This document shows positions 47,858-57,670 of a DNA stretch of 64,000 nt, in pieces; position 1 is the first letter of the stretch, and the number at the start of each line of letters is the position of its first letter. Position numbers and translations under genes: made by a program. The notes beneath the pieces are model-generated. The model searched no databases. It was not told the DNA's origin and was given only the letters and a program-made list of their open reading frames with translations. The stretch comes from an uncultured delta proteobacterium (GTDB lineage Bacteria; Myxococcota_A; Polyangia; Fen-1088), in NCBI GenBank assembly GCA_963767925.1, contig CAVYGB010000006.1, positions 96,001 through 160,000 on the forward strand, written 5' to 3'.

Positions 47858-50032
47858 TTGCCACGAAGCTTCAAGCCTACACAGTGGCCGGTAGTTTTTG
47901 CCGTTTCAACCGGGCTGTTGCTGGCGCCCGTGGCGCAAAACGTGGCCTCTGCCCAGCCGCCGACGCCAGCGCCCGAAGACGACCTGCAGCCGATGTCGCT
48001 CGAGGATCTGCTCAACACCGTCGTCACCACCGCCTCGGGGTCGACCGAGCAGCGCTCCCTGGCGGCAGCCAACGTCTTCGTGATCTCGAGCCGCGACATC
48101 GAGCGCCGGGGCTGGCGCTCCCTGCAGGAGATCCTCGAGCAGGTGCCGGGGCTCTACATCGTCGACGACCACGTCTCGCCCTCGGTCGGCGTCCGCGAGG
48201 TCACCGGCGGCTTCCGCGGCGGCACCCGCATGGTCAAGGTGATGATCGACGGCAACCCCATCGCGTTCCGCCCCGACCTCAACGCCTTCATCGGCCCGGA
48301 GTTCATCCCGATCTCCGCCATCGACAGGGTCGAGGTGGCCAAGGGCCCGCTGTCTGCGCTGTACGGCGCCAACGCCTTCCTGGCGACGGTCAACGTCATA
48401 ACCAGCAAGCCGACCGTCCCCTCCTCGGCCTCGGCCCACACCGTGATCCGCGACCGCTATCCCGGCTACGGCGGCTCGGCCATGGCAACGCATGGCGACG
48501 CGCGCAAGGGCGTGCTCGTCGCGGTCAGCGCCGAGCGGGTCGATCGCTCGGGCCTGCGGCCCACCCCCTCGTTCGAGAACCAGGACACCGCCAGCCCGCT
48601 GTTCAACCGCCGGAGCACCAACGACATCTCGAGCCCGCAGTCGGTGTTCCTGCGCCTGCACTACGAGAGCGAAGGGGCCGGCGAGCTGCTCGCCTCGGCC
48701 GGCTACCAGCGGCTCGACGTGGGGGGCGAGTTCCAGCTCAACTCGATCCTCACCCACCTCACCCGGGTGGCGCTGACCAATCAGTGGGCCAGCCTGCAAT
48801 ATGGCAAGGCCCTCGGCAGCAGCGTCCGGTTGCGGGCGCTGGTGGGCGTCGCCTCCGGCAGCCCCGACCGGGAGTACCAGCTCTTCCTCACCGACAGCCG
48901 GGACGCCTATTACCGGCCCAACTACGGCTACCGGTCGCTCAACGGGCAGCTCGAGCTCAGCTTCACGCCGGTCCCAGCCTTCTCCCTCAAGCTCGGCGCC
49001 GACAGCGAATTCGCCCGGGAGGAGCTGCTGTTTTACACCCAGGTGCTCCTCAACCAGCAGGACATGCGCCAGACCCTCGACGAGGTGGAGCTGATCGATC
49101 CGGCCGACCCGCGCTCGGCCGATTCGCTCCAGCTCGGCACCTACCTGCAGGTCTCGACCAACCCCATCCCCTCGGTCAGCGACCTCATCTTGACCGGCAA
49201 CGGGCGGGTCGACTTCATCAACTTCGGCGACGTCACCTTCCCCCGGCAATACAGCTGGCGGGGCGCCCTGGCCTACCGCTGGAGCGAGCGCTTCACCACG
49301 AAGGTCGTCGCCGGGCGGGCCTTCCAGACCCCCTCGGGCACCCTGCTCTACTCGCAAGGTGGGGTGGGCAACACCCGCAACGTCATCGGCAGCGAGCGGC
49401 TGCAGGAGCCGGCCCGTCTGCGCCCGCAGGTGCTGACCAGCGTCGACCTGGTGGCGGCGGCCCAGTTCGGGACCTTCGCCACCCTGGAGGCCACCGGCTT
49501 TCGCCAGCTCCTCGACGACGCCATCGAGTTCGTGCAGGCCGGCCCCTTCTTCGTGGCCCGCAACCGCGGCCAGCGCGCCACGAGCGGGCTCGAGCTGACC
49601 TTGCGGCTGGCCCTGGGGGCCTTTTACCCCTACGCGGTGGCCAGCCTGACCCGCGACGCCCTCGAGAACATGCAGGGGGGCGTGGCCCCTCCACTTTACC
49701 CGACGGCCTACGGCTACGGGGGCATCGACTTCGATCCCGTGAGCAGCCACTTCGGGGCCAACGTCGAGGTCCGCTGGACCGGCCCCCGCGGCGGCTCGCA
49801 GGGGAACGTGTACACGAACGATTCGCGGCCCTACAACCTGCCCGCCTACACCGACCTGGGGGCGACGGTCCGGATCAAGCAGCTCCGGCTGCTCTCCCCC
49901 ACCCTCGAGACGCGCCTGCTGGCCTCGGTGCGGAACCTGCTCGACCAGCGCCGCCTGGAGCCCGGCTTTGCCGGGATCGACATCCCCCAGCCGGGCCGAA
50001 CCTTCCTGCTCTCGATTCACCAGGACCTCTGA
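47858..50032 (+). CDS. TonB-dependent receptor
   Basis: Plug MSLEDLLNTVVTTAS, IDRVEVAKGPLSALYGANA, barrel end NLLDQ..PGRTF; TTG start uncertain. Confidence 0.88.
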   Translation: MPRSFKPTQWPVVFAVSTGLLLAPVAQNVASAQPPTPAPEDDLQPMSLEDLLNTVVTTASGSTEQRSLAAANVFVISSRDIERRGWRSLQEILEQVPGLYIVDDHVSPSVGVREVTGGFRGGTRMVKVMIDGNPIAFRPDLNAFIGPEFIPISAIDRVEVAKGPLSALYGANAFLATVNVITSKPTVPSSASAHTVIRDRYPGYGGSAMATHGDARKGVLVAVSAERVDRSGLRPTPSFENQDTASPLFNRRSTNDISSPQSVFLRLHYESEGAGELLASAGYQRLDVGGEFQLNSILTHLTRVALTNQWASLQYGKALGSSVRLRALVGVASGSPDREYQLFLTDSRDAYYRPNYGYRSLNGQLELSFTPVPAFSLKLGADSEFAREELLFYTQVLLNQQDMRQTLDEVELIDPADPRSADSLQLGTYLQVSTNPIPSVSDLILTGNGRVDFINFGDVTFPRQYSWRGALAYRWSERFTTKVVAGRAFQTPSGTLLYSQGGVGNTRNVIGSERLQEPARLRPQVLTSVDLVAAAQFGTFATLEATGFRQLLDDAIEFVQAGPFFVARNRGQRATSGLELTLRLALGAFYPYAVASLTRDALENMQGGVAPPLYPTAYGYGGIDFDPVSSHFGANVEVRWTGPRGGSQGNVYTNDSRPYNLPAYTDLGATVRIKQLRLLSPTLETRLLASVRNLLDQRRLEPGFAGIDIPQPGRTFLLSIHQDL

Positions 50033-50110
50033 CCGCGACCGCCGGCGACCGGCGAGACCCCGCCTCCCCCCGCCTGCCCCGGCACGAAAGCGAAAGAAAG
50101 AGAGCCCGCC

Positions 50111-51520
50111 ATGTTCACCAAGATCGCGCTCGCCGCCCTGACGGCGCTGCTGCTGGGCTGCACCCCCCACACCGACAGCCTGGCGCCCGGCGGGGTGCCC
50201 ATCACCTTCGGGGCGGCCATCTCCCGCACCGGCAGCTCCGCCGTCGACACCTGGGCCAACGCCTTCGAGCTGGCCGCCGCCGACGCCAACGAGGGGTTGC
50301 GCCTGGCCCGCTTCCCGATGGGGCGGGTCTCCTTCGAGACGGTCGTCGTCGACTCGGCCAACCGGGCCGAGGTGGCCGCGCGCAAGACCATGAACATGGT
50401 CCGCAACGAGAACATCCTCATGGTCCTCAACGGCACCAGCGCCGACTCCGCCGCGCTGGTGGGGCTGAACCACAACCCCGACGTCAGCCAGCGGCCCAAC
50501 ATCCCGGTTGTCTGTGTGGCCTGCAGCTCCCCCAGCCACCACAACCCGGCCGCCAGCAACCCCGACCCGGTCCTGCAAGCGGCCTTCCGCAACGAGGACC
50601 GCTGGCACTTCGGCCTGTCGATGTCTTCCACCCCCCAGAGCCTGGTGCTGGCGCGGATCATCACCTCCAAGGGCGACCGGGGCGACAGCAATGGCGACGG
50701 CAAGCTGAAGGTCTCCACCATCCACATCAACGACGACTTCGGCCGGGGGTTCGCCGCCGTGCTGAGCCAGGCCATCTTGCGCTTCCGCCCCGACGCCATC
50801 ATCGAGCAGCTCAGCCACCCGGCCAGCAACGAGCTGCTCAACGACCTCGGCCTGTGGAGCGAGAACATGCGCCTGCTGGCCGACGACCGCACCGGCGAGG
50901 TGCGCGACGTGCGGCCCGACATCGTCCTCGAGATAACCTTTCCCCAGTATTCGCTGGCCATCTTGAAGGCCTACTCGGCGGGCAACTACCAGGTCCCCTT
51001 CCTGCACACCCACAGCATGCGGGAAAAGACGGTCGTGATTCAGGCCGGGCGCAGCCTCGACGGCCACGAGGGGACCTCCTACCTGCCGCTCGACGGGGAG
51101 TCGGGCGCGCTGTTCGACGCCCGCTTCCTCAAGAACGTGGGCATCTCGCGCCAGAGCCAGTGGGACGGCCACGTCTACGACGGGTTCTTCCTGGCCGCCC
51201 TCGCCACGATGATCGCCGCCAGGGAGGCCCGGACGCCGCTCGGGATGTACGGCTACCAGGTCCGCGACGCCATGTTGAAGGTCAACGACCCGGGCGGGGC
51301 CATCATCCGCCCGGGGCCCCAGGGGTTCGCCCGGGCCGCCGAGCTGATCGCCGCCGGGCAGCCCATCAACTACGAGGGGGCCTCGGGCACGTGCGACTTC
51401 GACGACTACGGGCGGGCGCTCAACCGCATCGCCCACTGGTCGGTGGACCAGCAGCAGGTCAACGACCTGGCGGTCTACGACTGCGCCTCCGACCCGGTCG
51501 AGTGCCCCAAGGTGCCGTAG
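50111..51520 (+). CDS. Type I periplasmic-binding (LivJ-like) lipoprotein
   Basis: Lipobox LLGC; INDDFGRGF, HVYDG, INYEGASGTCDFD. Confidence 0.82.
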   Translation: MFTKIALAALTALLLGCTPHTDSLAPGGVPITFGAAISRTGSSAVDTWANAFELAAADANEGLRLARFPMGRVSFETVVVDSANRAEVAARKTMNMVRNENILMVLNGTSADSAALVGLNHNPDVSQRPNIPVVCVACSSPSHHNPAASNPDPVLQAAFRNEDRWHFGLSMSSTPQSLVLARIITSKGDRGDSNGDGKLKVSTIHINDDFGRGFAAVLSQAILRFRPDAIIEQLSHPASNELLNDLGLWSENMRLLADDRTGEVRDVRPDIVLEITFPQYSLAILKAYSAGNYQVPFLHTHSMREKTVVIQAGRSLDGHEGTSYLPLDGESGALFDARFLKNVGISRQSQWDGHVYDGFFLAALATMIAAREARTPLGMYGYQVRDAMLKVNDPGGAIIRPGPQGFARAAELIAAGQPINYEGASGTCDFDDYGRALNRIAHWSVDQQQVNDLAVYDCASDPVECPKVP

Positions 51521-51746
51521 TCGCCGCGCCGGCGTCCCGACCTCGCCCCCAGGCCGCGCCGCCGCCAGCCTGACCTGGCCCGGGTATCGCCCCCAGGCCA
51601 GGGCGCCGCCGCCCTGACCTCGCCCGAGCGTCTCCGCCGGGCTTCTCCGGAACCGACCTGGTCGGGGCCTACATTTCGCTCGAGGTTCTTCCGAAACCTG
51701 ATCCGGAGCCGATCTGCTGGCTCGGATCCGAATCAGGAGATTGCCC

Positions 51747-52925
51747 ATGAACCCCGCCCCGTCCCCACCACCAGAGTCCGGAGCACCGGGACGGGTGCTG
51801 CTGGTCGAGGATGACGACGCGCTGTTACGGAGCTGTCGCCGCGTGCTGGAAGCGGCCGGATTCGTGGTCGAAACCGCCTCCGACGGCGAGCAGGCCACCC
51901 GGGCGCTGGGCCAGCGCGGCTTCGACGCGGTCGTGAGCGACATCGCCATGCCCCAGGTGGGCGGGATCGAGCTGCTCAAGGCCATCCGGGGGCGGGACAA
52001 CGACGTGCCCGTCATTCTCATGACGGCCTTCGCCGAGCTCGGCACGGCGCTCGACGCGATCGAATACGGGGCCCTGGCCTACCTGAGAAAGCCCTTTGGC
52101 CTCGATGCCTTGCGCACGTCCGTCACGAAGGCGGTGCGCCTGCACCGGCTGGCGCGGATGAAACGCGAGGCGGTGGCCCACGTGGGGGACGAGCCGATCC
52201 GCCTGGGCGACCGCATGGGCCTCGAGGGGGCCTTCGACCGGGCCATCGGCAGCCTGTGGATGGCGTTCCAGCCTCTGGTGGCGGTCTCGCGCCAGGAGGT
52301 GATCGCCTACGAGGCGCTGCTGCGCACCACCGAGCCGGACCTGCCCCACCCGGGGGCGGTGCTCAGCGCGGCGGCCCGGCTGGGGCGCCTGCAGGAGCTG
52401 GGGCGCACGATCCGGGCGCAGGTGGCCTCCCACATGCCGGACTGTCCGGCGGAGTCGGTGTTCGTGAACCTGCACGGACGCGACCTGCTCGACGATCACC
52501 TGTACGCCGCCGACGCCCCGCTGACTGCCTTCGCCCCGCGGGTGGTCCTCGAGATCACCGAGCGCGCCTCGCTGGAAGAGGTGAAGGGGTTCGAGGGGCG
52601 GGCCCGCGAATTGCGCAAGCTCGGCTTCCGGCTCGCCATCGACGACCTCGGCGCGGGCTACGCCGGGCTGACGAGCTTTGCCCAGCTCGAACCCGAGGTG
52701 GTCAAGTTCGACATGTCGCTGGTGCGGAACATCGACCGCTCGCCGGTGCGGCAGCGGCTGGTGGGGGCGATGAGCGCGGTGTTCCGCGAGATGCGGGCCA
52801 TGGTGGTGGCCGAAGGGGTCGAGACGCCGGCGGAGCGCGACACGCTCACTGGCCTGGGCTGCGACATCCTGCAGGGTTACCTGTTCGCCAAGCCGGGCCG
52901 GCCCTTCCCCACCGCGAAGTGGTGA
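51747..52925 (+). CDS. REC-EAL c-di-GMP phosphodiesterase
   Basis: VEDDD..SDIAMP..KPF; FQP..YEALLR, FVN, LEITE, IDDLGAGY, VKFD, AEGVET, QGY. Confidence 0.93.
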   Translation: MNPAPSPPPESGAPGRVLLVEDDDALLRSCRRVLEAAGFVVETASDGEQATRALGQRGFDAVVSDIAMPQVGGIELLKAIRGRDNDVPVILMTAFAELGTALDAIEYGALAYLRKPFGLDALRTSVTKAVRLHRLARMKREAVAHVGDEPIRLGDRMGLEGAFDRAIGSLWMAFQPLVAVSRQEVIAYEALLRTTEPDLPHPGAVLSAAARLGRLQELGRTIRAQVASHMPDCPAESVFVNLHGRDLLDDHLYAADAPLTAFAPRVVLEITERASLEEVKGFEGRARELRKLGFRLAIDDLGAGYAGLTSFAQLEPEVVKFDMSLVRNIDRSPVRQRLVGAMSAVFREMRAMVVAEGVETPAERDTLTGLGCDILQGYLFAKPGRPFPTAKW

Positions 52926-52964
52926 GCGCTTGACTCGGCCGGGGATCCCTGGAGGGATCGCCCG

Positions 52965-53528
52965 GTGCGCCCGCGCGCGATGATCCGACGGCCGTTGCCG
53001 GTCCGCGCCGTGAGGCGAGGGGGCGGCGGTGTCGTGCGGGTGCTGCGGGGGCAGGATCGGGTGGCGCGGGGGGCAATCGCCGCGTTCTTGTGGGCGATGG
53101 TGCTGGGGCCGGCGTTGCACCTGATCGATCACCGTGATGATCACGTGCACGGTGCGGGCGGAGCGCGCGGGCACGGACCCGTACACGAGGGCGTTCTCGG
53201 GCACGACAACGTACACGTGCACGGTTCCGAGAACGTGCACGTGCACGAAAGCGAGGACGTGCACGAGAACGATGGCGCGCGCGGAGCGGACCGGAGGGCG
53301 GGGGACGGCGCGGACGATCCATCGGCGCCGGTGCGGGGGCCCCACGGCGATGGGCAGGCGTTGCACTTCGGGCTCGCCTTTCTCGGCGGCGCCACGCCGA
53401 TGGTCCTGCCTGCGCCGGAGGTGAACGCCCCGCTGGGCGTGCGGGCGCCTCACGCTTCGGTTCGGCCGCGGGCGTTGTCGGCGGCCCACCGGCCGCGGGG
53501 GCCGCCGGGCCTCGCGCCGCTCGGCTGA
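52965..53528 (+). CDS. His-rich protein ending in RGPP (DUF2946/CruR-like upstream ORF candidate)
   Basis: Hydrophobic segment, HLIDHRDDHVH, NVHVH repeats, RPRGPP near C-terminus; start uncertain. Confidence 0.65.
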   Translation: MRPRAMIRRPLPVRAVRRGGGGVVRVLRGQDRVARGAIAAFLWAMVLGPALHLIDHRDDHVHGAGGARGHGPVHEGVLGHDNVHVHGSENVHVHESEDVHENDGARGADRRAGDGADDPSAPVRGPHGDGQALHFGLAFLGGATPMVLPAPEVNAPLGVRAPHASVRPRALSAAHRPRGPPGLAPLG

Positions 53529-53686
53529 GACCGGACGTCCCGTTCGGGCGCGATCTGCGCCGCGGCTGGACCTCCGTCCACGCCGGGATTCCCGTTCACC
53601 GGAGGCTCCGACGTGCGTCGGGTGCGTGTTGCTGCGCCCGTCGTGTGCCTCCGACCGCCGTGATCCAACCGAACCGCCGTGATCCA

Positions 53687-55876
53687 ATGATCGACTCCTC
53701 TCCTCTTCAGGTTGCGCCCGCTGGCCTGCAGCGGGACCCCACCGCCGCCTCCGCCTGCCGGCGGCGGCCCGCGCTCGCCCTGGTGGCGCTGGGCACGGCC
53801 TGGCTCGCCGCGCGGAGCGCGGCCGGCGCGGCGGCCCACGATCCCCCGCTTTCGACGAGCCCGGCGCCGCCTCCGGCGATGGTCACGGGCGAGCCACAGA
53901 GCCTGGAGTTCACCTCGTCGCCACCCGAGGGCAGCGCCGAGCGCCGGGTGGACGCCGCCACCCTGGAGACCACGCCGCGCAGCTCGGCCGACGATCTGCT
54001 GCGCCTGGTGCCGGGGTTGCTCATCACCCGACACGGGGCCGAGGGCAAGGGGCGGCAGATCTTCCTGCGCGGCTTCGACGCCGTCCACGGGGCCGACCTG
54101 GAGGTGACCGTCGACGGCGTCCCCTGGAACGAGGCCTCGAACGTGCACGGCCAGGGGTACCTCGACCTCGGCACCTTGATCCCGGAGGCGCTCGGCGGGG
54201 TCGACGCCCACAAGGGCTCTTTCCGGATCGAGCAGGGGCCCTTCGCCACCGCGGGCAGCGTGCGCTTCGAGCTGGGGATCGCGCCCGAGCGGCGGGGCGC
54301 CCGGCTGAGCTACGAGATCGGCTCGACCCGGCGCCACCGGGTGGTGGGCTCGCTGGCCTCCGCCGATGGGGGATCTTTCCTCGTCGCCGAGGTCCTGCGC
54401 GACGGCGGCTACGGGCGCAACCGCGACACCGATCGCGCCGCCCTGCTGGGGCGCACGGTGCTGCTGCGGGCCGGCCGCGCCCTCCTGACCCTGTTCGGCG
54501 GGGCCCACGTCAGCCGCTTCGGCGAGCCGGGCACGGTGCCCCTGGCCTGGGAGCGCGCCGGACGGGTCGGCTTTTACGACAGTCTCCAGCCCGAGACGGC
54601 CAGCGCCTCGGCGCGGGCCTTCTCCGCCCTGCGCTTCTCCTTCACCGACGCGGGCGGCGGGGTCAGCTCGGCGCTCGTTTACGGGCAGGCCCGCCGGCTG
54701 CGCCTCGACGAGAACTTCACCGGGTTCCTGCTCGACCCGGAGCGGGGCGACCGGCTGGGGCAGCAGCACCAGGCGTTCGGCGGCGGGCTGCGGCTGGCCC
54801 ACACCCGTCCCCTGGGGCCGCGGCTGCAGCTCCTCTCCGGCCTGGACGCCGGCCCCGAAAAGATCGGCCAGCACGAGGATCACCTCGACGGCGGCGGGGT
54901 CGCCTTCGCCCGCACCCGCTGGCTGCGTGGGCGTCAGGCGACCGCGGCCGCCCGCCTGGGCGCGGGCTGGCTGGCCCGGAGCTGGCTGCGGCTCGAGGGC
55001 GGCCTGCGGGCCCAGGCCTTCCTGTTCGACGTCACCGGGGCGCAGCCGGGCGCGGGGAGCCCGATCGCGACCGAGACCCGGGCGGGCGCCGCGACCGGAA
55101 CCGCGACGACGCTGGCCTGGCTGCCCCGGCTGCAGGCGCTGATCGACCCCCACCCCGCCGTGAGCCTGCTGCTGGCCTACGGCCGGGGGGTGCGCCCGCC
55201 CGAGGCGCGCGCGGTGCTGGTGCGCCCGGCGACGACCGGGGACCTGGATCTGTCGGGCTACCGGGGCGGCTCGCCGCGGCCCACCCTGTCCGACGATCTC
55301 GAGGTGGGGGTGCGGCTGCGGCCGGGCGAGCGGGTCGATCTCGGCGCGGGGGCCTTCGCGGTCCACATCGCCCGCGAGCAGATCTTCGACCACCTGGCCG
55401 GCACCAACCTCGAGCTCAACGCCACCCGCCGGCTGGGGCTGGAGGCCGACGCGACGGTGCGGCCCCTGCCCGGCCTGGTCCTGCGGGCCGACGTCACGGC
55501 GGTGAGCGCCCGCTTCGCCCGCTCGGGCCGCCCGGTACCGGGCGCGCCCACCCTGTTCGGCGCGCTCGAGGCCCACGCCGAGCACCCCGCCGGCCTGTCG
55601 GGCGGCGCCCGCTTCTTCGCGGTGGCGCCACGCCCCCTGGCCCACGGCGCCCGCGCTGGAGCGCTGTCGATGCTGGACGCCCGGCTCCTGTACCGGCGGG
55701 GAGCCTGGGAGGTCTCCCTCGAGGTCGAGAATTTGCTCGGCGCGCGCCTGCGCGAGGGCGAGTTCAACTATGCCTCCTGGTTCGACCGCGGCGAGGGCCG
55801 CAGCCTGGTGCCGCGCGTGCACTACGCCGCCGGTCCGCCCCGCACGGCGCGGGCCGGGATCGGCGCCCGCTTCTGA
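53687..55876 (+). CDS. TonB-dependent receptor (probable metal uptake)
   Basis: DLLRLVPGL..HGAEGK..FLRGFDAVHGAD..HGQGYLD, FATAG, ENLLG, terminal Phe. Confidence 0.9.
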   Translation: MIDSSPLQVAPAGLQRDPTAASACRRRPALALVALGTAWLAARSAAGAAAHDPPLSTSPAPPPAMVTGEPQSLEFTSSPPEGSAERRVDAATLETTPRSSADDLLRLVPGLLITRHGAEGKGRQIFLRGFDAVHGADLEVTVDGVPWNEASNVHGQGYLDLGTLIPEALGGVDAHKGSFRIEQGPFATAGSVRFELGIAPERRGARLSYEIGSTRRHRVVGSLASADGGSFLVAEVLRDGGYGRNRDTDRAALLGRTVLLRAGRALLTLFGGAHVSRFGEPGTVPLAWERAGRVGFYDSLQPETASASARAFSALRFSFTDAGGGVSSALVYGQARRLRLDENFTGFLLDPERGDRLGQQHQAFGGGLRLAHTRPLGPRLQLLSGLDAGPEKIGQHEDHLDGGGVAFARTRWLRGRQATAAARLGAGWLARSWLRLEGGLRAQAFLFDVTGAQPGAGSPIATETRAGAATGTATTLAWLPRLQALIDPHPAVSLLLAYGRGVRPPEARAVLVRPATTGDLDLSGYRGGSPRPTLSDDLEVGVRLRPGERVDLGAGAFAVHIAREQIFDHLAGTNLELNATRRLGLEADATVRPLPGLVLRADVTAVSARFARSGRPVPGAPTLFGALEAHAEHPAGLSGGARFFAVAPRPLAHGARAGALSMLDARLLYRRGAWEVSLEVENLLGARLREGEFNYASWFDRGEGRSLVPRVHYAAGPPRTARAGIGARF

Positions 55877-55906
55877 TCGACGGACCCGCTGCTGAAGGAG
55901 AGAGCC

Positions 55907-56743
55907 ATGCACCCCACGAGAGACACCCGGGCAATGACCGCGCCCCCCACCGGCTGGCTCCGGCTCGCGGCCCTTGTCGCCACAGTCGCCGCGGTCGTCC
56001 TCGGCGCCGCCCTGGCGGGAGGCTGCAGCAGCGAGGAGGCGCCGCGGGTCTCCCTGCCGGTGGCGGTGGACGCCAGCGCCGCGAGCAAGGCGGTCACCAG
56101 CGACCTGGGCTACACGGTGACGCTGGTGCGGGCCCGGGCCGCCCTGCGCGATCTGCAGTTCACGGTCGGGGGCGAGACCCACACCTCGTGGCTGCGGCGG
56201 CTCGGCGACCTGATCGTCCCCGTGGCCCACGCCCACCCCGGGCACGCGGGCGGGGGCGAGGTGGTGGGCGAGCTGCCGGGGCCGCTGCTGGTCGACTGGC
56301 TGCAGGAGGGGGCCTCGATGGGCGTCGCCCTCATGCTGGCCGGGAAATACCAGGGGGCCAACTTCGGGTTCCGGATCGCCGGGGCGGCCGAGCTGCCGGC
56401 CGGGGATCCCCTGGTCGGGCACACCTACGCCTTCGAGGGCACCGCCAGCAAGAACGGCCGCACGCTGGCCTTCTCGGCGCTCGTCGACGTCGACGCCAGC
56501 GCCGCGCTGGTCGGGGCCCCGTTCGATCACGAGGTGGTGGCCGGCCGGCCGGAGGCCCTGGGGCTGCGCCTGCTGCCGGTCGATCCGACCGACGCGAGCG
56601 ACACCATCTGGAACCAGATCGACTTCTTCTCCCTCCCCGGCGCCGCCGCGGGCGCGGCCACCCTCGCCGCGCCCCAGGAGGCGCACAACCGGCTCGTGCG
56701 GGCGCTGCGCGTCCACGACCACTACGACATCACCCACCGCTGA
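55907..56743 (+). CDS. Lipoprotein with AHAHPGH motif (putative metal binding)
   Basis: Lipobox LAGGC; AHAHPGHAGGG; C-terminal HDHY. Confidence 0.78.
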   Translation: MHPTRDTRAMTAPPTGWLRLAALVATVAAVVLGAALAGGCSSEEAPRVSLPVAVDASAASKAVTSDLGYTVTLVRARAALRDLQFTVGGETHTSWLRRLGDLIVPVAHAHPGHAGGGEVVGELPGPLLVDWLQEGASMGVALMLAGKYQGANFGFRIAGAAELPAGDPLVGHTYAFEGTASKNGRTLAFSALVDVDASAALVGAPFDHEVVAGRPEALGLRLLPVDPTDASDTIWNQIDFFSLPGAAAGAATLAAPQEAHNRLVRALRVHDHYDITHR

Positions 56744-56767
56744 AGCCAGCCAAGGAGAGACAGGACG

Positions 56768-57610
56768 ATGACGAAACCCCGAAGCCTCTTTTCCTCACGG
56801 GCGCTGGCGCCGGTCCTGGCCTGGGTGGCCCTGCTGGCCGGCGGCTGCGGCGAGCCGGCCCCCGGGACGGTCGAGGTGACCATCTACGGCGAAGACTTCA
56901 TCGAGGAGGGCATCGCCGCCGAGGAATTCAGCGACGGCTGGGCGGTCACGTTCGACCGCTTCCTCGTCACCCTCTCGGAGGTGGCGGTGGCGACGGGCCA
57001 CAGCGCGCCCGCGCTCAGCGAGCCGGGGCAGCGGGTGTTCGACCTGGCCCGGCCGACGATGGGCCTCGGCACCAAGGTGGCGAGCAAGACGCTCGAGGGG
57101 GGCACGTACGACCACGTCACCTACCAGATCGGCCCGGCCCGGGCCGGCGCCACCGCCGGCAACAGCCTGGACGGCGGGGTGCTCGAGGGGCTGGTGGCGG
57201 GGGGCGAGGCGGTGCGGGTCGCGGGCAGCGCGGTCAAGGCGGGCCAGACGGTCCGCTTCTCCTGGGGCTTTCCCCGGCGGACCGATCACGCCTGCCACGT
57301 GGGGCTCGCGGTCGACGGCGGCACCGCGAAGACCGAGATCACCATCCACGGCGACCACCTGTTCTACGACGACCTCGTCTCGACGGAGCCGAACCTGGCC
57401 TTCGATCTCATCGCCGCCTCGGACGCCGACGGCGACGGCAACGTCACCCAGGCCGAGCTGACCACGAAGGACATCCGCGGCCAGGCCCGCTACCAGGTCG
57501 GCAACATCGCCGCGACAAACCTCTGGGCCTTCCTCGCCCACCAGGCCACCACGCTGGGCCATATCGACGGCGAAGGGCATTGCGACACAACGACCTCGCC
57601 GGGCCAGTAG
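56768..57610 (+). CDS. Lipoprotein with His motifs (putative metal binding)
   Basis: Lipobox LAGGC; YGEDFIEEGI, DGWAVTF, IHGDHLFYD, GHIDGEGHC. Confidence 0.78.
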   Translation: MTKPRSLFSSRALAPVLAWVALLAGGCGEPAPGTVEVTIYGEDFIEEGIAAEEFSDGWAVTFDRFLVTLSEVAVATGHSAPALSEPGQRVFDLARPTMGLGTKVASKTLEGGTYDHVTYQIGPARAGATAGNSLDGGVLEGLVAGGEAVRVAGSAVKAGQTVRFSWGFPRRTDHACHVGLAVDGGTAKTEITIHGDHLFYDDLVSTEPNLAFDLIAASDADGDGNVTQAELTTKDIRGQARYQVGNIAATNLWAFLAHQATTLGHIDGEGHCDTTTSPGQ

Positions 57611-57618
57611 CGGGAGGT

Positions 57619-57663
57619 GCGACGGATTGTCGCGGGGGGGCGCCGAATCGCGGGGTTTAGAAT
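57619..57663 (+). promoter_or_regulatory. RegA/RegR-box-like inverted repeat plus -10 element of the regB-like gene
   Basis: GCGAC-GGATT-GTCGC at 57619-57633; TAGAAT at 57658-57663, 7 nt before ATG 57671. Confidence 0.55.
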
Positions 57664-57670
57664 GGCGGGG

